Source: Bdellovibrionota bacterium (GTDB taxonomy: Bacteria > Bdellovibrionota_C > UBA2361). Taken from it: a stretch of DNA of 35,328 nucleotides. Where the stretch lies: the NCBI GenBank assembly GCA_044352465.1, contig JBILDU010000022.1:1-35328 (forward strand). Direction: 5' to 3'. Position numbers and translations under genes: made by a program. A model generated the notes under the pieces. The model was not told where the DNA came from, ran no database searches, and saw nothing but the letters and a program-made list of their open reading frames with translations. Below are positions 1 to 10,061 of this stretch, piece after piece; within the stretch, counting starts at the first letter, position 1; each line of letters starts with the position of its first letter.

Positions 1-1
1 C

Positions 2-1564
2 TTCGTCAAAGATACCGACGGGGTAACTCTCGAGGGATTACCCAAGCGGAGCACCGCGGGAGCTCCGAGCTCCGCGACCCCACCTCCGCAGCCATCCGGT
101 GGGAGCAACGACGCCGCAGCGCCACCCCTCGCCGTGAAACTGGAGAAATTCGCTCTACGGAAAGCGACGATCGTCTGGCGTGATCGCGTGGCGAAAACTG
201 AGCGACGGATCGCCCCCCTTGATATCGAGGCGAGTCTCAATATCGACGGCGCGGTCGTGCGACTTCCTCAACTCACCCTTGCGGCGCTGGTCGATTCGAA
301 GCTCAACCTAGGAGTGAGCGCGAGCGACCTTGTTTTCGATCAAGCAACCACGACACTCACCGCTCCGGATATCCGCGCCGATATCGGGGGGTTCCCGGTC
401 GCCATCAAGGCAAACTTCAACACCACCAAGGGAACGGGCGATGTTGCGCTACGCTCCGCGGGGCTCGATCTCGCAAAGATCGCCGCGTTGGGCGAGTTCA
501 TCCCGCCAGCCGTAAGAGCTCTCGGCCTCAGCGGCTCAATCGTTCCCGACATCAAGGCTGTACTCGCTCCCACCAATGCGGTGCTGAACGGCACGGTGAC
601 TCTTCGCGAGGTCGCACTCCAGAGTGGGGGGTTCGCCATTACAAAGATGAACGGTGACCTGGCGCTGCGCTCCTCGACCACCGAGCAAACGATCGAGACA
701 AAGAATCTAGCGCTCCATCTCAACGCTGAACCGGTGACTGGAGCGATCAATGCGAACGTCAAGGGGACGGTGGCAACGCTTCAGACTCTGGATTTGGCAA
801 CCGTTGGGGGGAAAATTAAAGCCAGCGGCTCACTGGATCAGAAGACTCAAGCGCTCCAGATTAAGCTGGATCTGGCGAATCTTGATGTAGGGCGAATCCT
901 CGGCGTTTTGAAACCGGGAGCACCGAACCCTCTTTCGGGGAAGCTCACCCGCTTTCAGACCGCCGCCACCGGCAAGATGGGGCCAACACTCCTTGAAACC
1001 CTTACCGGCTCAGGTTCTCTGCTCGTCAACGATGGAAAACTTGCCGGGGAGAATCTCGGCGGCAAGGTCCTCAAGGCCGCGACCAGCTTGCCTTTTATCT
1101 CCAGCTCACTCTTTGAGACGCTTCCTCCAGAGACCAAGCGAGCGCTCGAGGCGAAGGAAACTGTCATATCGGCCCTTTCCTCAAGCTTTAGCATCGGTGG
1201 AGGGGGGCTCGCGACCAAAGACCTCGCCCTTAAAAGCCCGCTCTTCGATATCGCGGCAGGCGGGCGTGCTTCATTTGCTGGAGCGCTCGATCTCGGTGCG
1301 ACGATCTCGTTTGAAAAGGGGCTCTCCAGCGCTCTGGCGGGAAAGGTAAAAGAGATCAAGGTAGCACTCGATAAGGAAGGTCGCCTCGCTGTGCCGCTCA
1401 CGATTAAGGGCACAGCGCCGAATCTCTCCGTTGCGCCCGACTTCTCGAAGCTTCTCTCTGGAAACGTCGGTAAGGTGCTTGAGCAGAAAGCGGGCGAGGC
1501 ACTCGGAAAACTGCTCGGAGATAAAAAAGGGGGCAAAGGGGTAGGCGGACTCCTCGGCTTCTAA
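2..1564 (+). CDS. AsmA-like protein with AsmA_2-type C-terminal region, 5'-truncated by the window edge
   Basis: The frame of ORF 134..1564 is open back to position 2 (FVKDTDGVTLEGLPKRS...). It has amphipathic beta-strand repeats and a C-terminus typical of AsmA (LTGSGSLLVNDGKL...TKDLALKSPLFDIAAGGRASF...VPLTIKGTAPNLSVAPD). Confidence 0.75.
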   Translation, partial: FVKDTDGVTLEGLPKRSTAGAPSSATPPPQPSGGSNDAAAPPLAVKLEKFALRKATIVWRDRVAKTERRIAPLDIEASLNIDGAVVRLPQLTLAALVDSKLNLGVSASDLVFDQATTTLTAPDIRADIGGFPVAIKANFNTTKGTGDVALRSAGLDLAKIAALGEFIPPAVRALGLSGSIVPDIKAVLAPTNAVLNGTVTLREVALQSGGFAITKMNGDLALRSSTTEQTIETKNLALHLNAEPVTGAINANVKGTVATLQTLDLATVGGKIKASGSLDQKTQALQIKLDLANLDVGRILGVLKPGAPNPLSGKLTRFQTAATGKMGPTLLETLTGSGSLLVNDGKLAGENLGGKVLKAATSLPFISSSLFETLPPETKRALEAKETVISALSSSFSIGGGGLATKDLALKSPLFDIAAGGRASFAGALDLGATISFEKGLSSALAGKVKEIKVALDKEGRLAVPLTIKGTAPNLSVAPDFSKLLSGNVGKVLEQKAGEALGKLLGDKKGGKGVGGLLGF

Positions 1565-1662
1565 GGTTATAACGTAACTGTTTTGGGGAGCCCCCACCGA
1601 GCGAATGCGCCCATAACCTTTGATACGAACGATTCGATACGCAACGAGGGTATACACAGGTT

Positions 1663-2544
1663 ATGGAGACTCCCGAATACTCACCTCGGCGCAACGGGGC
1701 GCTCGTGATCTTGGGACGTGTCAGCGCAGTCATCATGATGGCAGCTCTCATGGTGAGTGTCTGTCTTATTCTCTCCCAGGACATCCAGATTTTCCCGGGG
1801 GTCTTGCGAGGACTGAGGGGCACCTTGCTCCATCCCCCGGCCGATGTCGCAGCTTTCGAGATTCGTACGAGTGACGGGGAGACCCTTCCGGCGTGGCGTC
1901 GCACCCCGGATTCCTCCCCGCGCCCTCAGGTCGCGCTCTTCCTCCATGGAAACGGCGATACCCTCGAAAGCTCAATCGGAGTCCAGCGCTGGCTCGCGCA
2001 GCTCGGGTACACCAACTATGCGGTGACCTACCGCGGCTTTCCCGGTAGTAGCGGGTTCCCATCAGAAGTAGGGATCGAACGGGATGCAACGGCAGCCCTC
2101 GAATTTATCCTCCGCCACGAACGGATCGAGCCCCGCGAGGTCATCGTCATCGGCAATTCGATCGGCACTGGGCCAGCCACCTATCTCGCCGCTCAGTTCG
2201 GGGTTGGAACCCTGGTGTTGATCGCGCCCTATACGAGCATTCCGGATGTCGTTCGCGCACGCGGGGTGCTCGCCCTGCTCACCCCCTTCTTATGTTACAC
2301 AATCCCCTCGCTCGAACGGATCGGCACGCTGCGTGAGACCTGTCTCGTACTGGCCCACGGGAAAAAGGACACGGTCATAGAGTTCGAGCATTCGGTCCGT
2401 CTCCTCAAAGCCTATCGAGGTAGCGGGACTGCGACACTGCTCAGTCGCGACAACGCCGATCATTTCAACATATTGGGAGCGGTTTTCGAGGAACTCGGGG
2501 CCACCATCGATCGATGCGTTTCAACGCGGCATCTCAAGCAATAG
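1663..2544 (+). CDS. Membrane-anchored alpha/beta hydrolase (ABHD13/Bem46-like)
   Basis: N-terminal TM segment, LFLHGNG, YRGFPGSSG, nucleophile elbow GNSIG, and HGKKD...HF triad pattern. Confidence 0.88.
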   Translation: METPEYSPRRNGALVILGRVSAVIMMAALMVSVCLILSQDIQIFPGVLRGLRGTLLHPPADVAAFEIRTSDGETLPAWRRTPDSSPRPQVALFLHGNGDTLESSIGVQRWLAQLGYTNYAVTYRGFPGSSGFPSEVGIERDATAALEFILRHERIEPREVIVIGNSIGTGPATYLAAQFGVGTLVLIAPYTSIPDVVRARGVLALLTPFLCYTIPSLERIGTLRETCLVLAHGKKDTVIEFEHSVRLLKAYRGSGTATLLSRDNADHFNILGAVFEELGATIDRCVSTRHLKQ

Positions 2545-2557
2545 CGCTACGACCTTC

Positions 2558-3724
2558 TCACCGCGGCAGCTCAATCCGGTCGGTGGGGAGCAGCAATTCG
2601 AAGGTGGTGCCTTGCCCGACCACTGAACGGACATCGACACGACCGAAATGGAGTTCACAGATCCGCTGCACGACGGCAAGCCCGATCCCTGCACCACCAT
2701 CATCGGGCGAGGTATCCGCTCCACGGCTAAACAGAGTAAAGATAGAGGCGAGATCCTCGGGCGCGATACCCCGACCGTTATCGGTGACGGCGACGCGCGC
2801 AAAGGTGCCGAGGCTCTTATCTTCGAAGCCGGCGAAGGTCAGATCGATCAGCACGGAGCTTTTGTCGTTATACTTTACCGCGTTACCGATAAGGTTGATG
2901 AATATCCGTCGCAACAACTCCGGACTGCCATAGACCTGGGGCAACTCCCCTATCCCCACTTTGATATCCCGCGATCCATCAAGATGGAGATCGAGTACTA
3001 CCTCGTGGACAAGCTGCTTCAGATCGACGCTCGTCATCCGCGCCGCTTTCGCGCCGAGCTTGGCGTACTCGTACATCGATTGCACGATCTGCGCGAGCCG
3101 CTCAGCCGAATCGAGCGCCCGCTGCATAATGCCCGCGCACCGTGCATCGAGACTCTCCCGGTACGTCTCCAGAATGTAGTCGAGCTTCATCGAGATTCCC
3201 CCGAGAGGACCCCGAATATCGTGGGCGACTGTCGCCGAGAACTCATCGAGACGGCGATTCTTCTCTTCGAGCAGGACGTTCGCTTCGGTAAGCTTCGCGA
3301 GGAGACGACGGTTTTCCGCCTCGAGGCGACGCATTCTTAAGAGGTGCCGCACTGCTGGACCGAGCTCATCACCCCACCGCCCCTCCTTGACGATGCATTT
3401 ATGGCAACCGGAGTGATAGAAATCGGCCACCGTGCGGGGGTCGGCGGAGCGCGAAACGACGAGCACCCCCGGCTCCACGTCTTTAAGCCGGAGCTGCTGG
3501 AGGAGCTCTGGTCCGCGTGGTTCTTCAAGGCTATGATCGAGGATCACGATGTCGAAGTCGTAGTGGGCCACGAGCTTCGAATATTCCACAAACGAAGAGA
3601 TCGCTCGAACATCCGCGTTCGGCACCTGTCGCTCAATCGCGTCAACTGTTACTTGAAGGTCAGCCGCATCACGTTCGAGAACGAGTATCGACTCCCGCTT
3701 ACTACTACCCGCGACCCCGCTCAT
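2558..3724 (-). CDS. Cytoplasmic hybrid protein: receiver domain plus histidine kinase
   Basis: N-terminal receiver (ILDHSL, VVSR, CIVK), coiled coil, H-box AHDIRGPL, N-box NLIGNAVKY, G1 DNGRGI, G2 GAGIGL. No TM segment. Confidence 0.9.
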   Translation of the reverse strand: MSGVAGSSKRESILVLERDAADLQVTVDAIERQVPNADVRAISSFVEYSKLVAHYDFDIVILDHSLEEPRGPELLQQLRLKDVEPGVLVVSRSADPRTVADFYHSGCHKCIVKEGRWGDELGPAVRHLLRMRRLEAENRRLLAKLTEANVLLEEKNRRLDEFSATVAHDIRGPLGGISMKLDYILETYRESLDARCAGIMQRALDSAERLAQIVQSMYEYAKLGAKAARMTSVDLKQLVHEVVLDLHLDGSRDIKVGIGELPQVYGSPELLRRIFINLIGNAVKYNDKSSVLIDLTFAGFEDKSLGTFARVAVTDNGRGIAPEDLASIFTLFSRGADTSPDDGGAGIGLAVVQRICELHFGRVDVRSVVGQGTTFELLLPTDRIELPR

Positions 3725-3753
3725 ACGACCTCATGGGATGTGGGAGCAACAAA

Positions 3754-4503
3754 TTATACCGCCTTCCGGAGATAGTTCTTGAGACGGATCAGCGCCCGCG
3801 AGCGAATCTGTGAAGCGCGGGACTCAGTCACCCCAAGGATTTCGCCGATCTCCTTCAGATTAAGCTCTTCATAGAAGTAAAGACTGATGACCAGGCGCTC
3901 CTTCTCCGGTAGCCGATCGAGCGCTCGAGCGATAAGACCAACTTTCTCCCCACTCAACAATTTGTGGAGCGGATCGTGCGCTTTACTGGCCAGCCATTCA
4001 TCGGCTTGAAAACGGTCCTCGCCGTGACCAAAACCGAGCTCTTCAAAGCTCAACATCACGATACTACCAACCTCGCCAAGGAGCTTCTGCAGGTCTTCGA
4101 CGGTTATATTGAGCTCTTCCGCTACCTCCTCATCGGTCGCGGGGCGTCCAAGCTTCTGCTCGCGCCGGTGATACGCCGCTTCGACCTGATGAGACTTAAA
4201 TCGCAGCGAGCGGGGCAACCAGTCCTGCGAACGGAAACTATCCAGGATCGCTCCCCGAATACGAAACTGCGCATAGGTCGAAAAGTTCGTCTCGTGCTTC
4301 GGATCGTACTTCTCCAGCGCATCAACGAGTCCGATGATACCGGAGTTGATCATCTCTTTGATATCGACATCTTTGGGAAGTCGGCCGGAGAGTCGATGCA
4401 CCACCTTCTTGACGAGGGGGAGGTAACTCTTGATGAGGTCCTCCTTCTCGTAATCATCGACACTTTTGTATGCTTCGACCGCTGAACGTTTAGGCTTTAC
4501 CAC
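3754..4503 (-). CDS. fliA: Flagellar sigma-28 factor FliA
   Basis: YAQFRIRGAILD, DWLPRSLR, LYFYEELNLKEIGEILGVTESRASQI; lies downstream of flhF-flhG. Confidence 0.96.
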   Translation of the reverse strand: MVKPKRSAVEAYKSVDDYEKEDLIKSYLPLVKKVVHRLSGRLPKDVDIKEMINSGIIGLVDALEKYDPKHETNFSTYAQFRIRGAILDSFRSQDWLPRSLRFKSHQVEAAYHRREQKLGRPATDEEVAEELNITVEDLQKLLGEVGSIVMLSFEELGFGHGEDRFQADEWLASKAHDPLHKLLSGEKVGLIARALDRLPEKERLVISLYFYEELNLKEIGEILGVTESRASQIRSRALIRLKNYLRKAV

Positions 4504-4735
4504 TGTTCATCTCCTCATACGAAGCGACCAGTTGGATGACGACTCGACTTATCACTCCAACGGCGATCACGACTAAAACCGCGCGGTAAACGATCGTAAT
4601 CATGGGCACGTCTGCCATGATTCCCGAGATCAGAGTTACCACAAATCCTAACAGAGCTACCGCCGCCGCGAGGCGATGGAAAAGCCCAAACTTAATCGTC
4701 TTCTTGAGCGCCGGGGGCTGTTTATCGGTCGCCAT
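4490..4735 (-). CDS. Small two-TM protein between flhG and fliA, FlgV-like candidate
   Basis: 81 aa with two hydrophobic helices. It overlaps both the flhG stop and the fliA start. The position matches flgV in other flagellar operons. Confidence 0.6.
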   Translation of the reverse strand: MATDKQPPALKKTIKFGLFHRLAAAVALLGFVVTLISGIMADVPMITIVYRAVLVVIAVGVISRVVIQLVASYEEMNSGKA

Positions 4736-5642
4736 GCTGGGCCCCCATCGTTACAAGCTGCTCAAAGAAGAATTGCATTCCGCCCTTCACTCGATGATCG
4801 TAAAACTCGTTATCGATTCGCCGCGCGAGCCCTGCAAGGGCCCGTCCCGCCTGGCTACTCGGATAGACCTCAAGTAACGCTCGTTGGGAGCGAATCGCCT
4901 CGTTCGCCGCGGCATCGCGGGGCACGAAGCCCAGATATTTGAGGTTCACATGCAAGAACCGGCCAACCGATTGGGCAAGCCGCGCAAAGGCGCGCTTCCC
5001 TTCAAGCTCATCGGCGACGTTATTGGCGATAATCGAGAAAGCCTTCTCGCCGTAATTTTGCGCCATCACCTTGATGAGCGCATACGCATCCGTAAGCGAC
5101 GTCGGCTCACCGTTGATCACACAAACGATCTCACTCGCCGCGCTATTAAAGTGCAGTACATCGGCACCGATGCCGGCTTGAGTATCGATCAGGAGATAGT
5201 CGAAACGATCGGCCACCTGCTCAACCGCCTCGGTGAGCATCATGCGTTGCTCGGGGCTCAGGTTGCACATCGATTCGACCCCACTCGCCGAGGGGATAAT
5301 CGAGAGGCCATCTGGCCCATTCACCAGAATCTCCTCAAGGGTCTTCCGTCCCTCAAAGAGATCATTAAGGGTATAACGAGGTTGGAGTCCAAGCATCACG
5401 TGGATGTTGGCAAGGCCGAGATCGGCATCGAGCAATAAGACGCTGCGGCCCTCACGGCAAAGCGCGAGCCCGACATTGAGCACGGTGTGAGTCTTGCCCA
5501 CGCCGCCCTTGCCGCTCGTAAAACTCATCACTCGGGTTACGCTCGTCATCGACCTTCGTCCCTTCGATTGAGTTCGGCCCCTTTTTCTGAGGGTCGCCGC
5601 TTGATCCGCGATAGCTGTCTCCACTGTATATGATTCGCCCAT
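4722..5642 (-). CDS. flhG: MinD-like ATPase FlhG/FleN
   Basis: Deviant Walker A SGKGGVGKT, DADLGLAN, EPTSLTDAYALIK. Start reassigned to ATG 5642 (MGESY), preceded by AGGAGG. Confidence 0.94.
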   Translation of the reverse strand: MGESYTVETAIADQAATLRKRGRTQSKGRRSMTSVTRVMSFTSGKGGVGKTHTVLNVGLALCREGRSVLLLDADLGLANIHVMLGLQPRYTLNDLFEGRKTLEEILVNGPDGLSIIPSASGVESMCNLSPEQRMMLTEAVEQVADRFDYLLIDTQAGIGADVLHFNSAASEIVCVINGEPTSLTDAYALIKVMAQNYGEKAFSIIANNVADELEGKRAFARLAQSVGRFLHVNLKYLGFVPRDAAANEAIRSQRALLEVYPSSQAGRALAGLARRIDNEFYDHRVKGGMQFFFEQLVTMGAQHGDR

Positions 5643-5700
5643 GGCCTCCTCTGTCTCAAAAAATCTGCTACGTCCGAATATTTCTTCGTTTGAAGGGGTC

Positions 5701-6705
5701 CTATTGGACCGGCCGCCGGAGCATCCAGGCGAGCCGCCGCGCCGATGCCGGCTCAATGTCCTCCGGGACCCGCTGCCCGGTAGTCAGAAAAGCGACCGGT
5801 TTCTCAAGTGCTACCAAGGTGTTAACTACTGGGCCGATGTACCCGCTTTCATCGAGCTTGGTCACGACCACCCGCTCGATACCGAGCGGTTCGAAAGCCT
5901 GTGCTACCCGACCGAGATCGGGCCCGTTCGACGGTGCGGGGAGTACGAGCCACCGCTCCATCTCAGCCGCACCGGCGCACTGCTGAGCTAACCCCTCGAT
6001 TCGTGAACTATCGCGCACACTCACACCGGGGAAATCGACCAGCACGACATCGCAGTGGTCGAGGTCAGCGATCGCGTCCTCAAGCTCAATTAAATGCTTT
6101 CCGGTACCGGAGAGGCACCGGAATGGGCTCTGGAGCAATCCGGCGTACGATTTAAGTTGAAACGAGGCCCCCACCCGGTAGGTGTCAGCGCAGATAAGCC
6201 CCACCTTCATCCGGCATACTTTCTGAAGTTGGGCCGCAAGCTTAGCGATAGTCGTGGTCTTCCCCACTCCAGTGGCACCGAAGAACCCGATCACCCGTTT
6301 GCGGAGCGGAAGCCGGACCTCAAATTCGAGCACACCCTCAAGAGCGGTGGCGAGTGAGCGCTCCGTCCCATCACGTTCATCGACTCGCTCGCTCAATACT
6401 CGAGCGAGCGTTGCAGAGATCCCTTGGCCGAGGAGATCCTCCTCGAGTGCACTGCGCCGCTCACCCCGGGGGAAGGGCTCGTAGGGGGTTGCGAGTGGAA
6501 TAACATTCGCAATCGACTCAGTCGCCGCCCCCAGCGCGGTGTGCACCGCCGTCCCCTCCTCAAGAGCGACCTCCAGTTCGAGCGCCCCCTCACCGACGGA
6601 ACGACTTCCCACGATGATAGCTTCCTCGCCGAGTTCCTCTCGAACAAGCGCTAACAGCGCGCTCATATTGCTTCCCCGAAACGTTTTGGTATTACTCTTG
6701 TGCAT
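5701..6705 (-). CDS. flhF: SRP-family GTPase FlhF
   Basis: N-terminal KTFRG...VREELGEEAIIV, G1 GATGVGKTT, DTYRVGA, G3 DFPG, TKLDE, TTGQRVPED. Confidence 0.93.
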   Translation of the reverse strand: MHKSNTKTFRGSNMSALLALVREELGEEAIIVGSRSVGEGALELEVALEEGTAVHTALGAATESIANVIPLATPYEPFPRGERRSALEEDLLGQGISATLARVLSERVDERDGTERSLATALEGVLEFEVRLPLRKRVIGFFGATGVGKTTTIAKLAAQLQKVCRMKVGLICADTYRVGASFQLKSYAGLLQSPFRCLSGTGKHLIELEDAIADLDHCDVVLVDFPGVSVRDSSRIEGLAQQCAGAAEMERWLVLPAPSNGPDLGRVAQAFEPLGIERVVVTKLDESGYIGPVVNTLVALEKPVAFLTTGQRVPEDIEPASARRLAWMLRRPVQ

Positions 6706-6739
6706 AGCTTATGCCCTCACTTCCAAAAACCTCTCTGTA

Positions 6740-8866
6740 TTATCCCTCAACCGAGACGACACCGAGCGAATGAACCTTCGTATTTGAGGCGATTTCGTGG
6801 TGGGTAATCACCGCCATCCCGGGGACGAATCGCTCAACAAAATGGAACAGCGCGGCGCGTAGGTGCGACGGCGCCAGAATGAGCGGGGTCTGCCCCATCT
6901 CGGCGAACTTCTCCGAGACCTTACTGAGCCGAGTGATCAAGAGCTGGGCAACTCCCGGATCCAAAGCCAGATATGAGCCCTCATCGGTTTGCTGCACCGC
7001 ATCGGCGAGCGCTCGCTCGAGGTTCGGATTGATGCTCGCCAAGGGCAAGACTCCGTCGCCGTTGATGAACTTAGCCGTGATAGTCCGCGAGAGCTTCCGT
7101 CGCGCGAACTCGGCGAGCTTCTCTGGGTGCTTCACATGGGGGGCCCAATCGGCGAGTGTCTCAAGGATCGTCTTCAAATCTCGAATGCTCACCTGTTCAC
7201 GAAGTAGGTGACCCAAAACCTGCTGCACCTGCCCGATCGTTAACAAGGTCGGGATAAGCTCTTCCACAACTTTCGGTGCATCCTTTGCTACCGTATCGAT
7301 AAGATATTGGGTCTCTTGGCGTCCGAGGAGCTCATGCATATGCCCCCGCACGAGTTCAGTCAGGTGGGTGGTGATAACCGTTGATTGATCAACCACGGTG
7401 TAGCCGGCGAATTGAGCCCGTTCTTTGTCCACCGCGCTTATCCACAGGGCATCGAGACCGAACGCCGGCTCCTTAGTCGGAATACCTTCGACCGGCGTGG
7501 TAATGTTCCCTGGATCCATCGCCAAGAGGTGATTGGAACGGAGCTCGCCCGTGCCGATCGCGCCCCCCCTGAGCATAAGGCGATACTGACCCGGCTTAAT
7601 CCGGACGTTGTCGCGAATATGAATCGGTGGGACGATGAAGCCGTAATCGAGCGCGAATTGGCGTCTGATCGAGCGAATTCGCTCCACCAAATCGCCCCCC
7701 TCGACAAGGGAAACGAGCTCATACCCAACCTCGAGCTCGAGGGTATCCATTCCGAGTAACCCGGTCACCTCCTCGCGACTTCCTGGAACAGGGGTATTTT
7801 CAGCCTTCTTGGCCTCTTCCGCCTTCTGCGCCTCTACCGGTGACGGCTTCTTCGTCATCCGTTGCCGCGTGAGACCGAGTCCACCCGCGATAAGGGAGAG
7901 GATCAGAAACGGCAGAAACGGGAGTCCCGGGACGATGGCGAAGCCAAAACACACCACCGAGGTAAGGAGGAGCGGCCGTGCCGATTGACCGAGTTGCCCG
8001 AGCACATCTTGCCCAAGGTCTTCCCCCGAGGCTGCTCGCGCCACGATAAGACCAGCTGCCATTGAAACGATGATCGAAGGAACCTGCGAAACAAGCCCGT
8101 CACCGATGGTCAGCAGGGTGAAGATCTTTGCCGCATCGAGCCAATGCATATCGAGCTGCACGACGCCGATAAAGAAGCCTCCGACGATATTGATACCGGT
8201 AATGAAGAGGCCAGCCACCGCGTCTCCCGAAACGAATTTGGCCGCACCGTCCATCGCTCCGTAAAACTCAGCTTCACGGGCGAGGTCCTTACGTCGTTCT
8301 TTGGCCTCGGTTTCGTTGATAAGTCCGGTATTGAGGTCAGAGTCGATCGCCATCTGTTTACCGGGTAAGGCGTCCAAGGTGAAACGAGCAGCTACTTCAG
8401 CGATACGACCTGAACCCTTGGTGATTACCTTTAAGTTGACGATACTGATCGCGATGAAGATAACGATACCAACCGCGAAATTTCCGCCGACGACGAACTC
8501 ACCGAACGCCTGAATCACTTCACCCGCGGCATCGAGTCCCTGCTTCCCGTTGATGAGAATCAATCGGGTAGAGGCGATATTCATACCGAGGCGAAAGAGG
8601 GTGGTAATGAGAAGCACCGCGGGGAACGCCGAGAACGCGAGGGGACGATCCATGTACAGTGAGGCGAAGAGTACAACGAGAGATATCGTAATATTGAGTG
8701 CGATACAGACGTCGAGCACCGCCGTCGGGAGCGGGAACAACATAATCGCGAGAATCGCGACGAGGGCCACCGGGATCGCCAAGCTGATAAGCAGCTTCGG
8801 ATCTTTCTTTGTCTTACCGCTCGCGGCTACTGCCGTAGCTGCGGCGCGGGGAGCACCTTTTGCCAT
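6740..8866 (-). CDS. flhA: Flagellar export gate protein FlhA
   Basis: RIAEVAARFTLDALPGKQMAID, FYGAMDGA, LTIGDGLVSQ, TKEPAFGL, EQVSIRDL. Confidence 0.97.
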   Translation of the reverse strand: MAKGAPRAAATAVAASGKTKKDPKLLISLAIPVALVAILAIMLFPLPTAVLDVCIALNITISLVVLFASLYMDRPLAFSAFPAVLLITTLFRLGMNIASTRLILINGKQGLDAAGEVIQAFGEFVVGGNFAVGIVIFIAISIVNLKVITKGSGRIAEVAARFTLDALPGKQMAIDSDLNTGLINETEAKERRKDLAREAEFYGAMDGAAKFVSGDAVAGLFITGINIVGGFFIGVVQLDMHWLDAAKIFTLLTIGDGLVSQVPSIIVSMAAGLIVARAASGEDLGQDVLGQLGQSARPLLLTSVVCFGFAIVPGLPFLPFLILSLIAGGLGLTRQRMTKKPSPVEAQKAEEAKKAENTPVPGSREEVTGLLGMDTLELEVGYELVSLVEGGDLVERIRSIRRQFALDYGFIVPPIHIRDNVRIKPGQYRLMLRGGAIGTGELRSNHLLAMDPGNITTPVEGIPTKEPAFGLDALWISAVDKERAQFAGYTVVDQSTVITTHLTELVRGHMHELLGRQETQYLIDTVAKDAPKVVEELIPTLLTIGQVQQVLGHLLREQVSIRDLKTILETLADWAPHVKHPEKLAEFARRKLSRTITAKFINGDGVLPLASINPNLERALADAVQQTDEGSYLALDPGVAQLLITRLSKVSEKFAEMGQTPLILAPSHLRAALFHFVERFVPGMAVITHHEIASNTKVHSLGVVSVEG

Positions 8867-8876
8867 ACCTCATCCC

Positions 8877-9968
8877 TCACTTCGCTCGGACCGGTTGCCC
8901 GTGCGGATTGCGTAACCTAAAGACGTAAGCTAATACCTCTGCGACTGCACGGAACAGCTCGTGCGGAATCGTTGCACCCACTTCAGTCGAAGCGAAGAGC
9001 GCCCGCGCAAGCGGCTTCCGCTCGAGCACCGGCACACCTGCCTCTCGAGCCAATTGACGAATCCGCAGCGCGACATGTCCCTGCCCTTTCGCCACAACGA
9101 TCGGCGCAACCATCGAGTTGCGATCGTATTTAAGCGCCACCGCGTAATGGGTAGGGTTCGTCACCACAACGTCGGCTTTCGGCACCGCGGTCTTCAACCG
9201 CTGCATGATCCGCTGAATACCTTTGGCCGCGATTCGACGTTTGGTCTCTTCGTCACCTTCCACCGATTTCCGCTCGTCCTTGACCTCTTCTTTGGTCATT
9301 TTGTTCCGCGAAAGCCAGTGATGCTTGCCGTAGACGAAGTCGAAGACCGCGAGGGCGATGAGGATATACGTAATCTTCCAGAATACCGTCTCGATTGCAG
9401 AGGCGGTGTAGGGCAGGATATCGCCGATCGAGAGATGCATCAGATTCACCATCTCGGGGGCGAATCCCTTGAGCGCGAAATACCCGACGGGAAGGATCAA
9501 GAGCAACTTGAGAATAGCTTTGCCGGTGGTCACGAGACCCATGATCGAAAAGATCCGCTTAATCCCCTCGACCGGGTTGAGCATGTCCCAACGAAAGCGA
9601 ATGAGCTTCTCCCGCATGTTCCAGCCGGTTTGCAGCATGACGGCGAGCGTAGCCACCGCACCGATAACTCCGGAGATGATGAGAAGTGAGGGAACGATGA
9701 GCGCCGCAGTGCCCAGAACACCCGCTTCGATCTCCTTCAAGGTCATAATCTCGCGTTGCCCGATCAAGCTGTAGGAGTGAGCCAATACGATCTTAAGGTT
9801 CTCGGTCAGGGTCGACGCGGTCGCTGAGACGACCAAGAAGCCGGTCATGAGGGTCAGCAGAACGACGATGTCCTGTGAAAAGAACAGCGTTCCCTCCTTA
9901 CGGAGTTGCCCCATCCGTTTGTCGGTGGGGAGCTCTGTCCTTTGTTCGGGTGTTGAGTTCTCTGACAT
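8877..9968 (-). CDS. flhB: Flagellar export switch protein FlhB
   Basis: RTELPT, KMTKEEVKDE, autocleavage motif NPTH, PLARAL. Confidence 0.97.
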   Translation of the reverse strand: MSENSTPEQRTELPTDKRMGQLRKEGTLFFSQDIVVLLTLMTGFLVVSATASTLTENLKIVLAHSYSLIGQREIMTLKEIEAGVLGTAALIVPSLLIISGVIGAVATLAVMLQTGWNMREKLIRFRWDMLNPVEGIKRIFSIMGLVTTGKAILKLLLILPVGYFALKGFAPEMVNLMHLSIGDILPYTASAIETVFWKITYILIALAVFDFVYGKHHWLSRNKMTKEEVKDERKSVEGDEETKRRIAAKGIQRIMQRLKTAVPKADVVVTNPTHYAVALKYDRNSMVAPIVVAKGQGHVALRIRQLAREAGVPVLERKPLARALFASTEVGATIPHELFRAVAEVLAYVFRLRNPHGQPVRAK

Positions 9969-10001
9969 AGCGCTTGCGGTGGAATTCCTTCACCGAAGAG
10001 A

Positions 10002-10016
10002 GCAAGAGCTGTGCCT
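10002..10016 (-). promoter_or_regulatory. Sigma-54 (-24/-12) promoter upstream of flhB
   Basis: Minus strand AGGCAC-AGCTC-TTGC with exact GG-N10-GC spacing, 34 nt upstream of the flhB ATG in the 93-bp fliR-flhB gap. Confidence 0.7.
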
Positions 10017-10030
10017 CACTCCGGTGGCGC

Positions 10031-10043
10031 TAAGTCACTGAAT
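10031..10043. promoter_or_regulatory. IHF-like binding site upstream of the flhB sigma-54 promoter
   Basis: TAAGTCACTGAAT against consensus YAAnnnnTTGATW (2 mismatches), 14 nt upstream of the -24 box. Confidence 0.45.
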
Positions 10044-10061
10044 TGAGCAAGGATATGTGAA

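Noticed and set aside
1563..1620. 8-bp inverted repeat AAGGTTAT/ATAACCTT
   Set aside because: It is too short, has no target-site duplication and has no second copy in the window, so a MITE cannot be supported.
5643..5756. N-terminal extension of FlhG in the ORF track
   Set aside because: It overlaps the flhF 3' end, and a strong AGGAGG supports ATG 5642. The fliQ (11298), motB (15184) and ABC exporter (20678) extensions were trimmed on similar grounds.
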